Shown here: one piece after another, positions 19,425 to 29,742 of the stretch | Numbering within the stretch: position 1 is the stretch's first letter | Layout of the letters: each line of letters starts with the position of its first letter | The notes under the pieces: generated by a model | Database searches by the model: none | What the model saw: the letters and a program-made list of their open reading frames with translations, nothing else | Told to the model about the DNA's origin: nothing | From: Candidatus Bathyarchaeia archaeon | Lineage (GTDB): Archaea; Thermoproteota; CALKCG01; B24 | Direction of reading: 5' to 3' | Assembly (NCBI GenBank): GCA_038870975.1 | Contig: JAVZJD010000001.1 | Location: forward strand, 352,001-416,000 | Length of the DNA stretch: 64,000 nucleotides | Made by a program: the position numbers and the translations under genes

Positions 19425-20366
19425 TTACTCAAACTCTATTGTTGCAGGCGGCTTATCCGTTATGTCGTACAGAACTCTAGCAACCTCTGGGATTTCATCT
19501 ATTATCCTATTTCTAACTTTTTCAAGTCTACTCCAGTCTAATTTAACGTATTTTGCGGTCATAGCATCTTCAGATTCAACCACCCGTAAGGCTATCATAT
19601 ACCCGTATTTCCTAGACCCATTCTTCGAAAGACCTGTGGCTTTTCCCTCGAGGAGAACTGGAAATGCTTGGAAGCACTCTACATCTGCAAGTTCTTCATC
19701 AACTATTAGTGTAGCCCTCTTAACTATATCCAGCTTTTCCCTAGTAACCTCGCCTATAATTCTTATCGATAAACCTGGACCTGGAAAAGGCCTCCTATAC
19801 ACTACTTCATCGGGTAACCCTAAAAATTTAGCGAGTTCTCTGACCTGTTTTTTGTAAAGCTCTTTAAGAGGTTCGAGGACTTTGAAACCGTAGCGTTCAA
19901 GCGGGTTTATACCTATCTGCTCTAAAACGTTGTGCTGAGTTTTCACTCCGCCTTTTGTTTCAACGATGTCTGCAGCTATCGTACCCTGCAATATTACTTC
20001 GGCTTTAAGGTTTCTGGCGACCCTTGAGAAAACTCCATAGAAGGTTTCTCTGAAAGCCCTCCTCTTCTCTTCAGCTTCTCTAATGCCCTTTAAAGCTTCT
20101 ACGAATTCATTCTGAACATCGTAAACTTCAACCTTAAGACCCAGCTTTGAGAAAACCTCTACAACTCTCTTAGATTCACCTATCCTCATAAACCCGTCTT
20201 CAAGAAAAACCGCCTTCAAACGGTCACCTATAGCTTTAAAACCTAAAACGGCTGTTACAGAGCTGTCAACTCCTCCTGAGAGAGCTATAATTGCTCTCCC
20301 CGGAATCTCCCTTCTAAGCCATGCAATCTTTTCCTTTACGAACTCCTCAGGGTTGAACCTCTCCAT
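19425..20366 (-). CDS. guaAB: GMP synthase subunit B (ATP pyrophosphatase subunit)
   Basis: PP-loop SGGVDSS, QGTIA.D, KTQHNV, PFPGPGL, C-terminal KPPATIEFE. Confidence 0.95.
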   Translation of the reverse strand: MERFNPEEFVKEKIAWLRREIPGRAIIALSGGVDSSVTAVLGFKAIGDRLKAVFLEDGFMRIGESKRVVEVFSKLGLKVEVYDVQNEFVEALKGIREAEEKRRAFRETFYGVFSRVARNLKAEVILQGTIAADIVETKGGVKTQHNVLEQIGINPLERYGFKVLEPLKELYKKQVRELAKFLGLPDEVVYRRPFPGPGLSIRIIGEVTREKLDIVKRATLIVDEELADVECFQAFPVLLEGKATGLSKNGSRKYGYMIALRVVESEDAMTAKYVKLDWSRLEKVRNRIIDEIPEVARVLYDITDKPPATIEFE

Positions 20367-20443
20367 GATTTTTCACCGTATTTGTGAATGATGAAGTATT
20401 TAATCAAAGTTTTTAACAAGTTTATTGTAATACCATTCTTGAG

Positions 20444-20797
20444 CTATCTGACCTTAGGTATTAGGCATAGGAGCTTGAGGGTTTTATCTCCATCATTTAC
20501 AATGCTGTGCTCAACATTAGGCGGTATTAGAATAGCATAACCCTCCTTAATCCTATGTTTTCTCCCACTGCAGACTATAAGACCCTCTCCCTCCACTATG
20601 AATATTTCATGCTCCCAATTATGGCTATGCATCGGTGTATTCCCATTGGGTTCTACTTCAAACATCCTCATTGCAAAGTTTGGGGCTCCATGTTCCCATG
20701 ATATCAACCATCTAATCCATGCGCCTCTACTGCTCTGGTCCATAACAGGCTCCTTCTTAACGTCGAGGTAATGTACTATCCTTAATTCGCCACTCAC
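20444..20797 (-). CDS. Cupin domain protein
   Basis: GAPNFAMR, TPMHSHNWEHE and IPPNVEH cupin metal motifs. Confidence 0.88.
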   Translation of the reverse strand: MSGELRIVHYLDVKKEPVMDQSSRGAWIRWLISWEHGAPNFAMRMFEVEPNGNTPMHSHNWEHEIFIVEGEGLIVCSGRKHRIKEGYAILIPPNVEHSIVNDGDKTLKLLCLIPKVR

Positions 20798-20896
20798 AGT
20801 TTCAAAGTTGTAAGAGAATTCTTATAAAATTAAGCTAACGAATTTTAATAAGTCCATACTATTTAAACTTAAATTCTACAGTAGTCTGAATAGGTA

Positions 20897-22156
20897 TTGG
20901 TTTTCATGAGTAAACTTGCGATTCTCGGTGGTACACCCATTAGAAGCAAACCCCTACCGACAGTGAACGATAAATCCGGTAGAAACATAGGCGTAGAAGA
21001 ATTGGAACTCCTCGAGTTGGTTGTTGAATCTGGAAGACTATTCAGGTACTCTGGAGAAATGGTCAGTAGTTTTGAAGAAGAGTTTGCCAAATTTCTAGGC
21101 GTTAAATACGCTATTGCATCTACTTCTGGGACGGCGGCATTACATATAGCCACTGGAGCCGCTGGCTTAGGGCCTGGCATGGAGGTTTTAACAAGCCCCA
21201 TAACAGACGCAGGAACTATAATAGCGATACTTGGTCAAAACGCCATACCTGTTTTCGCAGATATAGACCCGGATACGTATAACATATCGCCTGAAGACGT
21301 TAAAAAGAGACTTTCAGACAAAACTAGAGCTATAATAGCCGTCCATTTATTCGGTCTACCAGCAGATATGGATCCAATTATGGAGCTTGCAGAGGAGAAA
21401 GACTTAATCATAATAGAGGATTGCGCTCAAGCTTACCTAGCTGAATACAAGGGTAGGCTTGTAGGAACAATCGGAGATTTAGGATGCTTCAGCCTCCAGC
21501 AGTCTAAACATATGTTTACCGGGGATGGCGGTATAACCGTTACAAACGATGAAGAGCTTGCTAAGAGGGCTAAACTTTTCATGGATAAGGGCTGGGATAG
21601 AAGCTTGGGTCTTCCAAGAGCCTACATCATGCTCGGCTTCAACTATAGAATGACTGAGCTTCAAGGAGCTGTTGCACGTGCACAGCTTAAGAAAGTCAAA
21701 TGGGTTGTTGAAAGACGTAGAGCAGTAGCAGAATCTCTAACTAAGAGGCTTAGTGAAATCGAAGGTGTTTACCCTCCCAAAGTTCCAAAAGGATGCAGGC
21801 ACAGCTACTGGCTTTATCCTTTGAAGATAGAGCTTTCTAAGTTCAATGCCTCCCTAAGCGATATAGCTAAAGCCATAACGGCTGAGGGAATACCGACTGG
21901 AACGGGTTACATAGGTAAACCTATATACATGGCTCCACTATTCACAGAGAAGAGGGGATACGGCGGATCCAAATGCCCCTGGTTATGCCCACTCTACGGC
22001 AGGAACATAGACTACGGTGAAGGATTATGCCCCAAAGCCGAAGAAGCCCTGAATACACTTTTAACACTACCGTGTAATGAATACTTCACGGAAGAAGATG
22101 TAGAAGATATAGCTAAAGCCGTGGAGAAGGTATTATCCTATTACAGGGTATGTTAA
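20897..22156 (+). CDS. DegT/DnrJ/EryC1/StrS family PLP-dependent sugar aminotransferase
   Basis: SGTAALH, VHLFG, IEDCAQA, FSLQQSK (PLP Lys), GDGG, NYRMTELQ. Confidence 0.93.
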   Translation: MVFMSKLAILGGTPIRSKPLPTVNDKSGRNIGVEELELLELVVESGRLFRYSGEMVSSFEEEFAKFLGVKYAIASTSGTAALHIATGAAGLGPGMEVLTSPITDAGTIIAILGQNAIPVFADIDPDTYNISPEDVKKRLSDKTRAIIAVHLFGLPADMDPIMELAEEKDLIIIEDCAQAYLAEYKGRLVGTIGDLGCFSLQQSKHMFTGDGGITVTNDEELAKRAKLFMDKGWDRSLGLPRAYIMLGFNYRMTELQGAVARAQLKKVKWVVERRRAVAESLTKRLSEIEGVYPPKVPKGCRHSYWLYPLKIELSKFNASLSDIAKAITAEGIPTGTGYIGKPIYMAPLFTEKRGYGGSKCPWLCPLYGRNIDYGEGLCPKAEEALNTLLTLPCNEYFTEEDVEDIAKAVEKVLSYYRVC

Positions 22157-22251
22157 TGCTTTCACTAATTAAGCTATTAGCAGAAGAGAGAAATTGAAAA
22201 ACGAAGAATTAAGCCGAAAGCCTTAAATTAAAAGTGACCTAAAACCTACTC

Positions 22252-24267
22252 TTGATGTCGAAAGAAGTTATTGAAGAGAAAATAAGTTTGCCTCTATGGA
22301 TTATTGTCGGTCTAATAACGCTTATATTTGGTTTCCTAGGACCATTATGGGTTTCAACACTGGTTAACGCTACTTGGTATGCACCTGGACGTGTAGCATG
22401 TAAGCTTGTAGCACCAGTTCTCCCATTAATTCTCATACTAATAACAGCATCGATAGGTAGATTTCTCAGAAAGAGAATAAACCCATCAACCTATGTCATA
22501 CTTTACGCGACGGGTATGGGTCTCATTATCTACACTTCAAGCGACTCTTTCCCCATTGGAAGTCCATTCCCCAATCTTTGTTATGATAGGCTTGATCCAA
22601 TAGCATCTCAATACATACCATTGTTTCTCGCTCCTCCTGAAAATGTCGCTTCCATACTAGCAACGGGTGGTCCAATAGATTGGAACGCTTGGTCTTTAAC
22701 AATATTATGGTGGTGGCTTTTCTCAGTAGGCTATGCTTTAACGACTGTTAGTGCTGGAACAATATTTAAGAATCAATGGATTGATGTAGAACGTGTACCA
22801 TTTCCACATACCATAATAGTATCTACACTCATGGATAAATTTAAAACGCAGGAGACATCTCTAATTAGGAAATTTGGCTTACCCTTTTTTATAGGGCTTG
22901 CCTTGGGAGTGATCTTCCAACTGCCGTTATTCTTAGCATATCTATACCCATGGTTCCCAGATATATACGGATTTAGGATAAATACTTGTACTCATGGCGC
23001 CCAATGGATTACACCAGACTCTCCATTGGCTTCGATAGTAGGCTTTGCTCAGTTTAATAAAGATCCACTCCTAGCGGCCATATTCTACATGGCACCCTTA
23101 GATATACTTTTTAGTGGTTGGCTCTTCTACCTAGTTTTCGTAATTCTAATGCAGGTAGCGTATACAATGGGCTACTATACTGGCATAGAAGGGTTAAGTG
23201 GTTGTGGTAGAGTGTGGTGTGGAACTATAAGCTATAGAGTTGGTGAACCCTTTAAGTGGGATGTCTTCGGCTCAGCAGGGCTGACAACTGGAATGTTTAT
23301 AATGTATATGATCCTCAATAGGAGATATGTTATAAACACACTTAAAGCATCATTAGGAATTCTTCCTGAAGCCGTGAAAGCTGATTTGGAAAAGGATCTA
23401 CCGCTCTCTTATAGAAACCTATACTTAATTTTTTTAGTTGGAGTGGCTCTACTTACAATACTTCTCTCTCTTCTGGAGATACCGTTTGAGGCCATAGTAA
23501 CACTTCTAGTATGCAGTTGTATAACAACTTTCATAGCCTCAAGGAACTACAGCCTGGTAGGTTTCGTGGTTCCAGCGGGGTCTTACTTTTACTATGGCCC
23601 CATAAAAGCTGTTCTAGGTGAAATCCCAGAAATTCTAACAAAAGGATGGGTTTCAGGAGCTGTAATGACTTATGGCATGGTCAATGAGCCTATTACTGGA
23701 GGAGGATACGCCTTTCCATTTGTGGCGTCGCTGGCTAGCTATCGTTTGGCAAGCTACCAAGGTGTATCTTCAAAAACTATATTTAAAATTTTATTGCCGA
23801 TTTCAGTAATAGCCCCTCTGCTTGCCCTATTAGGAGCTGTCTGGGGCTTTCATACTTTTGGGATAACTAAGTTGCCGACAGCTAGTGGAAGCTGGTGGAG
23901 TGCTTACAATTGGCTCGGAAATCCATCGGCTCTAGCTAGAAGACCAGCATACCCACCCTGGTGGCCTCACATGTTAGCTGGAGCTGTAGTCGCTATTATC
24001 CTGAGTTATCTTCACGCCAGATTTTTATGGTTCCCATTAGACCCCATAGGTTTCCTACTGGCCGTAGATGGGCATGCATTAGTAGAGGGTATATGGACAA
24101 TGTTACTAGTAGCATGGGTTTTAAAAACTATAACTTTAAGAATTGGAGGAAGTAAACTTTATGAAGAAAGAGGAATACCAGTCGCCATAGGCTTTGCTAC
24201 TGGAATGCTTATCGTCGCCTTCGTAGGAGGCATTATACTCGCTATAAGATTCTTCGTACCATTCTAA
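22252..24267 (+). CDS. Large multi-pass membrane protein (DUF6785/DUF6784, OPT-like putative transporter), paralog 1
   Basis: Many TM helices; WIDVERVPFP, WFPDIYG, CGRVWC, LHARFLWFPLDPIG, RIGG.KLYE. Confidence 0.7.
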   Translation: MMSKEVIEEKISLPLWIIVGLITLIFGFLGPLWVSTLVNATWYAPGRVACKLVAPVLPLILILITASIGRFLRKRINPSTYVILYATGMGLIIYTSSDSFPIGSPFPNLCYDRLDPIASQYIPLFLAPPENVASILATGGPIDWNAWSLTILWWWLFSVGYALTTVSAGTIFKNQWIDVERVPFPHTIIVSTLMDKFKTQETSLIRKFGLPFFIGLALGVIFQLPLFLAYLYPWFPDIYGFRINTCTHGAQWITPDSPLASIVGFAQFNKDPLLAAIFYMAPLDILFSGWLFYLVFVILMQVAYTMGYYTGIEGLSGCGRVWCGTISYRVGEPFKWDVFGSAGLTTGMFIMYMILNRRYVINTLKASLGILPEAVKADLEKDLPLSYRNLYLIFLVGVALLTILLSLLEIPFEAIVTLLVCSCITTFIASRNYSLVGFVVPAGSYFYYGPIKAVLGEIPEILTKGWVSGAVMTYGMVNEPITGGGYAFPFVASLASYRLASYQGVSSKTIFKILLPISVIAPLLALLGAVWGFHTFGITKLPTASGSWWSAYNWLGNPSALARRPAYPPWWPHMLAGAVVAIILSYLHARFLWFPLDPIGFLLAVDGHALVEGIWTMLLVAWVLKTITLRIGGSKLYEERGIPVAIGFATGMLIVAFVGGIILAIRFFVPF

Positions 24268-24275
24268 ACCCCCCA

Positions 24276-24282
24276 TTTTTTT
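24276..24282 (+). terminator. Oligo-T archaeal terminator after transporter paralog 1
   Basis: T7 run shortly after the stop; equivalent runs follow the other two copies (33898-33904, 36964-36968). Confidence 0.45.
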
Positions 24283-24346
24283 CCATTAAGCCGATTACGA
24301 CACTATTAAATATGTGACCATGTATGCATAACGTTGGTGGTTTAAC

Positions 24347-25657
24347 ATGGCTAGCCTCGCTATTTTAGGCGGTAAGCCTACTGTAACCCTTAGCACTAAG
24401 GAAAAGTGGAAGAGACCCATCGAAGAGGAGAAGAAGCTCATCTGGGAGCTTCTTGAAAAGGGAGACATATCTGGCTCAGGTGGAGGTTTACCTTTAGAAT
24501 TCGAAGAGGAGTTTAAGAAGTTTGTGGAATGTGAGTATTGCCTAACCGTTGACCATGGCTCAACTGCTTTAGCAAGTGCATACTATGCTGTTGGTGTGGG
24601 GCCTGGTGATGAAGTTATAACGCCTGCGGCAGGATATATTGGAAGTTATGCTGGAGCACTACACATGGGTGCTAGACCAGTCTTCTGTGAAATAGATCCT
24701 AAAACACTTCTCATGGATCCTGAAGATGTTGAACGTAGGATAACACACCGTACTAGAGCTATAAACCCCATTCATATGAGTGGTAAGGTATGCGATATGG
24801 ATGCTTTAATAGATATTGGCCGAAAGCATGGTATCGCTATAGTCGAAGATGCGGCTCATGCCGCTGGATGCGAGTGGGATGGTAGGAAGATAGGAAATGT
24901 TGGAGATGTAACATGCTTCAGTCTTCAAGGTGTAAATCCAACTGGGAAACCAGTAGCTGGCGGAGAAGGAGGCATCGTATGCACGAATAGCAGGGAGCTT
25001 TACGAGAGGATGCTCATCTACTGCCACCTACATAGGTATAGAATAGTTGAAGAGCTTACAAACCCAGCCTATAGAGGATTGGATGCTGAAGTACTTGGTT
25101 TAAAGTATAGAGCCCACCCGTTAGCTTTAGCCATAGCCTTAGTTTCACTTAAAACTCTTCCATACCGTGTTGAGAAAGCCATAGAGAATAGAGAGAGGCT
25201 TTTCAAAGGCTTGAAAGATGTCCCAGGCGTTGAGCCTGTTCACTCTTATCCTAAGGCTAAGTGGCACGGCCTCTACGGAGGCTGGCAGATAATATACAAG
25301 CCTGAGGAACTCGGAGGACTACCCCCTGAGAAGTTTAAAGCAGCTCTTAGAGCCGAAGGAGTTCCCGTAAGCGGTCACGGGTGGGCATCTGGACATTTAG
25401 GAGAACACTTAAGAATAATATTCACTAGAGGCTTCGACTTGTGGGGGCATGGACGTGGACCGTTGGATACTCAATACGGCTTCATGGGTCTACCACCGTT
25501 TAAACCGTATAAGAAGGGAGACTTCCCAATAACTGAGAGTTTAGCTGAACGTGTCATAACGTTACCTGCCCACATAGAGCCCGAGGAAGGGCTTATAGAT
25601 CAATTTATCGAAGCATTTAGAAAAGTGACCGAGAATTACAAACAGCTACTTATGTAA
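24347..25657 (+). CDS. DegT/DnrJ/EryC1/StrS family aminotransferase (second, divergent)
   Basis: HGSTAL, VGPGDEVI, VEDAAHA, FSLQGVNPTGKP..GEGG. Confidence 0.9.
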   Translation: MASLAILGGKPTVTLSTKEKWKRPIEEEKKLIWELLEKGDISGSGGGLPLEFEEEFKKFVECEYCLTVDHGSTALASAYYAVGVGPGDEVITPAAGYIGSYAGALHMGARPVFCEIDPKTLLMDPEDVERRITHRTRAINPIHMSGKVCDMDALIDIGRKHGIAIVEDAAHAAGCEWDGRKIGNVGDVTCFSLQGVNPTGKPVAGGEGGIVCTNSRELYERMLIYCHLHRYRIVEELTNPAYRGLDAEVLGLKYRAHPLALAIALVSLKTLPYRVEKAIENRERLFKGLKDVPGVEPVHSYPKAKWHGLYGGWQIIYKPEELGGLPPEKFKAALRAEGVPVSGHGWASGHLGEHLRIIFTRGFDLWGHGRGPLDTQYGFMGLPPFKPYKKGDFPITESLAERVITLPAHIEPEEGLIDQFIEAFRKVTENYKQLLM

Positions 25658-25780
25658 CTTGCCCTTAAGTATTCCTACTAAGTTTGCCTTTAAATTTTCC
25701 CCTATATCATTACTAGTGGTTAAATGTTATCTTCCCCTCAGATTTATTCACAAAAAGATATCCTTACTATTCTGGAGAGG

Positions 25781-26209
25781 CTATGACTGAGTTATATTTC
25801 TCAGGAGTTTTACGCAAAGGTCTAAGGTAGATTTAGCGTATTCTAAAGCCTCTTCAGCATCCATACGGCTATAAAGCTGATCTGGAGGCATCCCCGTCTC
25901 TTCATCTCCGTACATACTGGGTTCTCTCTCCCTTCTAAGCTTTCTAGAGATTGATGCAAGCCTATCTACTTCAGCTTTAAACCATTCTGGGAAGAGTTCT
26001 CTATGTTTCTTGAGAATCGGTCCCACGTCATGCCATTTAGGTGGCTCTATGGCTACTAGCCGTAATACGCCTTTGAGAGCAAGTTCAACTGCTTCTTGAC
26101 TTTGACGTATTGTATATGCGTAATTCCCCGTTTCCATAGCCTCCTCGGCGTGTCTAACCCTTTCTTCAGCCTGCTTAAGATATGATTTAGCCATATCAAC
26201 GTTATTCAA
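25781..26209 (-). CDS. HEPN domain protein (MNT-HEPN pair)
   Basis: A.SYL.QA, SQEAVELALKG, PKWHDV, SMYGDE; overlaps the MNT gene. Confidence 0.88.
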   Translation of the reverse strand: MNNVDMAKSYLKQAEERVRHAEEAMETGNYAYTIRQSQEAVELALKGVLRLVAIEPPKWHDVGPILKKHRELFPEWFKAEVDRLASISRKLRREREPSMYGDEETGMPPDQLYSRMDAEEALEYAKSTLDLCVKLLRNITQS

Positions 26210-26708
26210 TATTTACAACCTCTCCAAATCTTATATCTGGTTTAATCAACCAATACCATTTATCTTTAATCCATATTCTCTTAGAGCCCAGCTCTTTAAG
26301 CCTCTTCCTAAGTCGTGCAATGATACTGCTGAAAAATCCGTCTTTATCGTAAAGTATTACAGAGTCTTCAACCATGTCTAGATATATCGGCCTAATTTTC
26401 GAAGCTTCTTCAACAGATAGGATTATAGGTGAAAAATCTACGTAAAACCCCTTACTCCAAAGCTCATCAATAATCGGTTTAAGCTCATCTTCAACTTCAA
26501 TGAACAGTTGCTGACGCTTCATACGGCTTTTAGGCAGAGATTCAGCGATTATAAGCATGTCTACGTCACTGTCTTTACGGGTAGATCCTCTAGCAACACT
26601 ACCATAAACGACGACTGAGACCAGTTTATCGCTTAGCTTAACATGTAAGAGCTCAACCAATCTTTTAAGTAGAAAGCTGTAGGGTTCTTTGATTTTTTCC
26701 AGGCCCAC
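26202..26708 (-). CDS. Minimal nucleotidyltransferase (MNT) of the MNT-HEPN module
   Basis: YGSVARG...DSDVD Pol-beta-type motif. Confidence 0.9.
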   Translation of the reverse strand: MGLEKIKEPYSFLLKRLVELLHVKLSDKLVSVVVYGSVARGSTRKDSDVDMLIIAESLPKSRMKRQQLFIEVEDELKPIIDELWSKGFYVDFSPIILSVEEASKIRPIYLDMVEDSVILYDKDGFFSSIIARLRKRLKELGSKRIWIKDKWYWLIKPDIRFGEVVNIE

Positions 26709-26845
26709 TTTGCTCTAAAGAATTCTACGACCTTGTATAATTAATGATTTTCCCTCCTCATAATCAAATATAAGTGGGTTTTCGAATAGTATGTATAAAT
26801 TTTGAGCGTTAACATGTACATTTTCATCTTAAGGACTGGCAAGGC

Positions 26846-28039
26846 TTATGATGATGCGAGTTCATCTAACGCTTTAAGAGCGTCTATTATCGCATTTTTC
26901 TCGACGACGCCAGAAGCCGCTACGGTGTGTCCATCGGCAAATCCTCCGAATTTCGAGCAGGCTTCTGGAAGTATTCTGGATAGTGGAGACTTCTCACCAG
27001 CCGCTATTCTATCGGCTAGTGGCTTCGGAGCCCTTGTAGAGATCTTAATGTATGTCTTCTCCAGCTTACCGTATCCCGGTATATCTGGTAGAACATCCAT
27101 GTAGCCGACAATGTACTTATCCTTATCTATGAAACCTTGATACTGAAGATAACTGCAGAAGCTTCCTATGACTTTAGTTCCCATGCCTCTATACACACCT
27201 CTATCTGAAAACCACTGTATAGCCTTCATTTTAGCTGGCTTCTCTCTTCTAAGAATGCTTAGCAACGTAGCGTTAGCTTTCTTCCTCTCTTCTTCGAGTT
27301 TAGAAGCCTCCTCATAGTCTTCGTCTTTAAAACCATTCATACATGCTTTTAATGCTCTCATAGGTCCTCCCCTGTAGTATCCTACGGAGGCTAAAACAGA
27401 TAGTATCGTCGAGTATCGCCTGTACGAAAGAGGCTTACCGAGGCTCATAATCTTAAAATCCTCTTTCTCCAATTGAATAAAACCGCCATTCAACGCATCT
27501 CTTAAAGCCAATTGATTTAAACCTGTAAGTGGACCTGGAATTTCAGCAGCCCCTATTAAAGCTAAAGTTGAAAGGTCTAAATTGTTAGAGTCTAGCGTTT
27601 TAGCGAATAAGTATGCGACAGTTGAAGCTGAAGCATCTTTCTCGCCAGATAAACCGTAGAGTTCAGGGTTTACATTTAAAACGTCACTGCGTGAGGATTG
27701 TAAAGTGTCATGGTGGTCAAGTATTACTGTTAAACTCCCCCTAGGTGCTTCCCTCTCAATTAATTTGACGTGAGCCGAGCCGATGTCAGTGAATAAGTAT
27801 AACCCCTCTCCCCGAGTATACACACCTTTTAAAACCTCAGGGTAGAGCTTATCAAGACAAATCGTTTTAAAACTCAAACCCGCTCTATTTAATGCTTTAG
27901 CCGTTATCGTAGCGGAACATACACCGTCAGCTTCGTCATGGTGGATTATGAATGCCTCACTAAAACCAGCTTCCCTTATCCTGACAACAGCCTCCTCCAA
28001 TAGTTTGAGAAAAGCATCTACTGTTAAACTCCCACCCAA
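26846..28039 (-). CDS. DHH-family phosphoesterase (RecJ/GAN-like)
   Basis: HHDEADG, FTDIGS, ILDHH, VNPELYG and C-terminal DHHA1 DGH.VAASG. Confidence 0.88.
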   Translation of the reverse strand: MGGSLTVDAFLKLLEEAVVRIREAGFSEAFIIHHDEADGVCSATITAKALNRAGLSFKTICLDKLYPEVLKGVYTRGEGLYLFTDIGSAHVKLIEREAPRGSLTVILDHHDTLQSSRSDVLNVNPELYGLSGEKDASASTVAYLFAKTLDSNNLDLSTLALIGAAEIPGPLTGLNQLALRDALNGGFIQLEKEDFKIMSLGKPLSYRRYSTILSVLASVGYYRGGPMRALKACMNGFKDEDYEEASKLEEERKKANATLLSILRREKPAKMKAIQWFSDRGVYRGMGTKVIGSFCSYLQYQGFIDKDKYIVGYMDVLPDIPGYGKLEKTYIKISTRAPKPLADRIAAGEKSPLSRILPEACSKFGGFADGHTVAASGVVEKNAIIDALKALDELASS

Positions 28040-28138
28040 ATGAAACTTGTCACCTGTGAAAGAAAAGCATTTACCTTTTCACCTTAAATATAGGTAAGGT
28101 TATAATGTTATCTACTAGAGTAGTAGAGGGGTGCTGTA

Positions 28139-29683
28139 ATGCTTCTTAAGGTCAAGAGACTGTACATAGAGGCTGGTGGTAAGCCTATAGTCCTACTCAA
28201 TAAAGAGGATGCCGACGATATAGGTGTTAGAGCGCTTGGACGCGTTAAAATTGTAACCACCGAGGGGCGTGAGCTTACATCTGTAGTAAACGTAACCTAT
28301 AGGGCTGTTGAAAAAGGCGTCATAGGCGTATATGATGAAGTAGCCTCTAGGCTTAAACTTGAAGATGGCTCTCTAGTAGATGTCAGACTTTCTGAACCAC
28401 CTAAAAGCACATATTTCATAAGGGAGAAGCTTAAGGGTAAGAAGCTAACATATCCTGAGATCTATGAGATAGTTAGAGATGTTGTAGATGGCCGCTTAAC
28501 AGAAGTTGAAATATCGGCCTTCGTAACAGCTTTACACACCTTTGGTTTAGATTTAGATGAGGCTACAAGTTTAAGCAAAGCTATGGTTGAAGTAGGTGAG
28601 ACCTTAAACTTGGACGACGCTTTTGTAGTAGATAAACATAGCATAGGTGGCGTTCCAGGAGATAAAACGAGCTTATTAGCCGTTCCAACAATAGCCGCTT
28701 CAGGACTGGTCATACCTAAGACCAGTTCAAGGGCGATAACGAGTGCTGCAGGTACAGCTGATAGGGCTGAAGTACTTATGCCTGTTAACTTAGGCCTAGA
28801 GGAGATAAAGTCTGTTGTTAGAAAAACCGGGGGTTGTCTCGTCTGGGGTGGAGCTTTACACCTTTCTCCTGCAGATGATATATTCGTACAAGTGGAGTAT
28901 CCTTTAGCCATAGACCCTTTGCTACTACCCAGTATCATGAGTAAGAAAAAAGCCGTTAACGCTAAGATACTCGTAATAGACATCCCAACTGGAAGAGGGA
29001 CTAAGGTTAAAACCATAGGTGAGGCTAATGCTTTAGCTAAAGACTTTATAGAGCTTGGTCGTAGATTAGGTATACAGACCAGTTGCGCTATAACCTACGG
29101 TGAGCAACCAATTGGATATGCTATTGGACCAGCTTTAGAGGCTAAAGAGGCGTTGGAAACTTTAATGGGTTCTAATAAGGCCTTAGACCTTCTAAATAAA
29201 GCTGCAAACGTAGCTGGAGCATTATTTCAAATGGCTGGTGTAGGCGACTTTAATACCGCCCTTCAACTGATAACGTCTGGTAGATCTGAGAAAAAACTTA
29301 GGGAGATTATTGCAGCTCAAGGTGGAGACCCAGATATTAAACCAGAAGATATACCCATTGGAGATAAAACATGCGAAGTTAAAGCTGAAAACGACGGTAT
29401 GGTTTTGTGGATAGATAATGGTAGACTAATAGAAATCGCCAGAGCTGCTGGTGCACCTAAAGACAAAGGTGCTGGAATACTTCTCAATAAAAAGATCGGT
29501 GATCATGTTGAAAAAGGAGATACCCTTTTCACAATCTACGCAGAATCTTCGGTTAAACTTCAAACGGCCATAGAGCTTGTAGAAGAAAGAAGCTTCATAG
29601 GCGTTGGCAAAAGTATGGATATGCTCATACAATTTATACATGAAGCGCCAGTGTATGGAAGAAGGTTTGAGCTGGAAAGATAG
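28139..29683 (+). CDS. deoA: AMP phosphorylase
   Basis: N-terminal extension typical of AMPpase; DKHSIGGVPGDK, PKTSSRAITSAAGTAD, SIMSKK, AGAPKDKGAG. Confidence 0.93.
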   Translation: MLLKVKRLYIEAGGKPIVLLNKEDADDIGVRALGRVKIVTTEGRELTSVVNVTYRAVEKGVIGVYDEVASRLKLEDGSLVDVRLSEPPKSTYFIREKLKGKKLTYPEIYEIVRDVVDGRLTEVEISAFVTALHTFGLDLDEATSLSKAMVEVGETLNLDDAFVVDKHSIGGVPGDKTSLLAVPTIAASGLVIPKTSSRAITSAAGTADRAEVLMPVNLGLEEIKSVVRKTGGCLVWGGALHLSPADDIFVQVEYPLAIDPLLLPSIMSKKKAVNAKILVIDIPTGRGTKVKTIGEANALAKDFIELGRRLGIQTSCAITYGEQPIGYAIGPALEAKEALETLMGSNKALDLLNKAANVAGALFQMAGVGDFNTALQLITSGRSEKKLREIIAAQGGDPDIKPEDIPIGDKTCEVKAENDGMVLWIDNGRLIEIARAAGAPKDKGAGILLNKKIGDHVEKGDTLFTIYAESSVKLQTAIELVEERSFIGVGKSMDMLIQFIHEAPVYGRRFELER

Positions 29684-29742
29684 TCTTAAAACATTCCATT
29701 TTTATATTCGATTGTATAATCGGTTAAAGGATAAAAGTCTGA

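Noticed and set aside
20829-24295. ATTAAGC motif upstream of the three DegT-cluster genes
   Set aside because: A 7-bp AT-rich word with variable spacing to the TATA boxes; not distinguishable from background.
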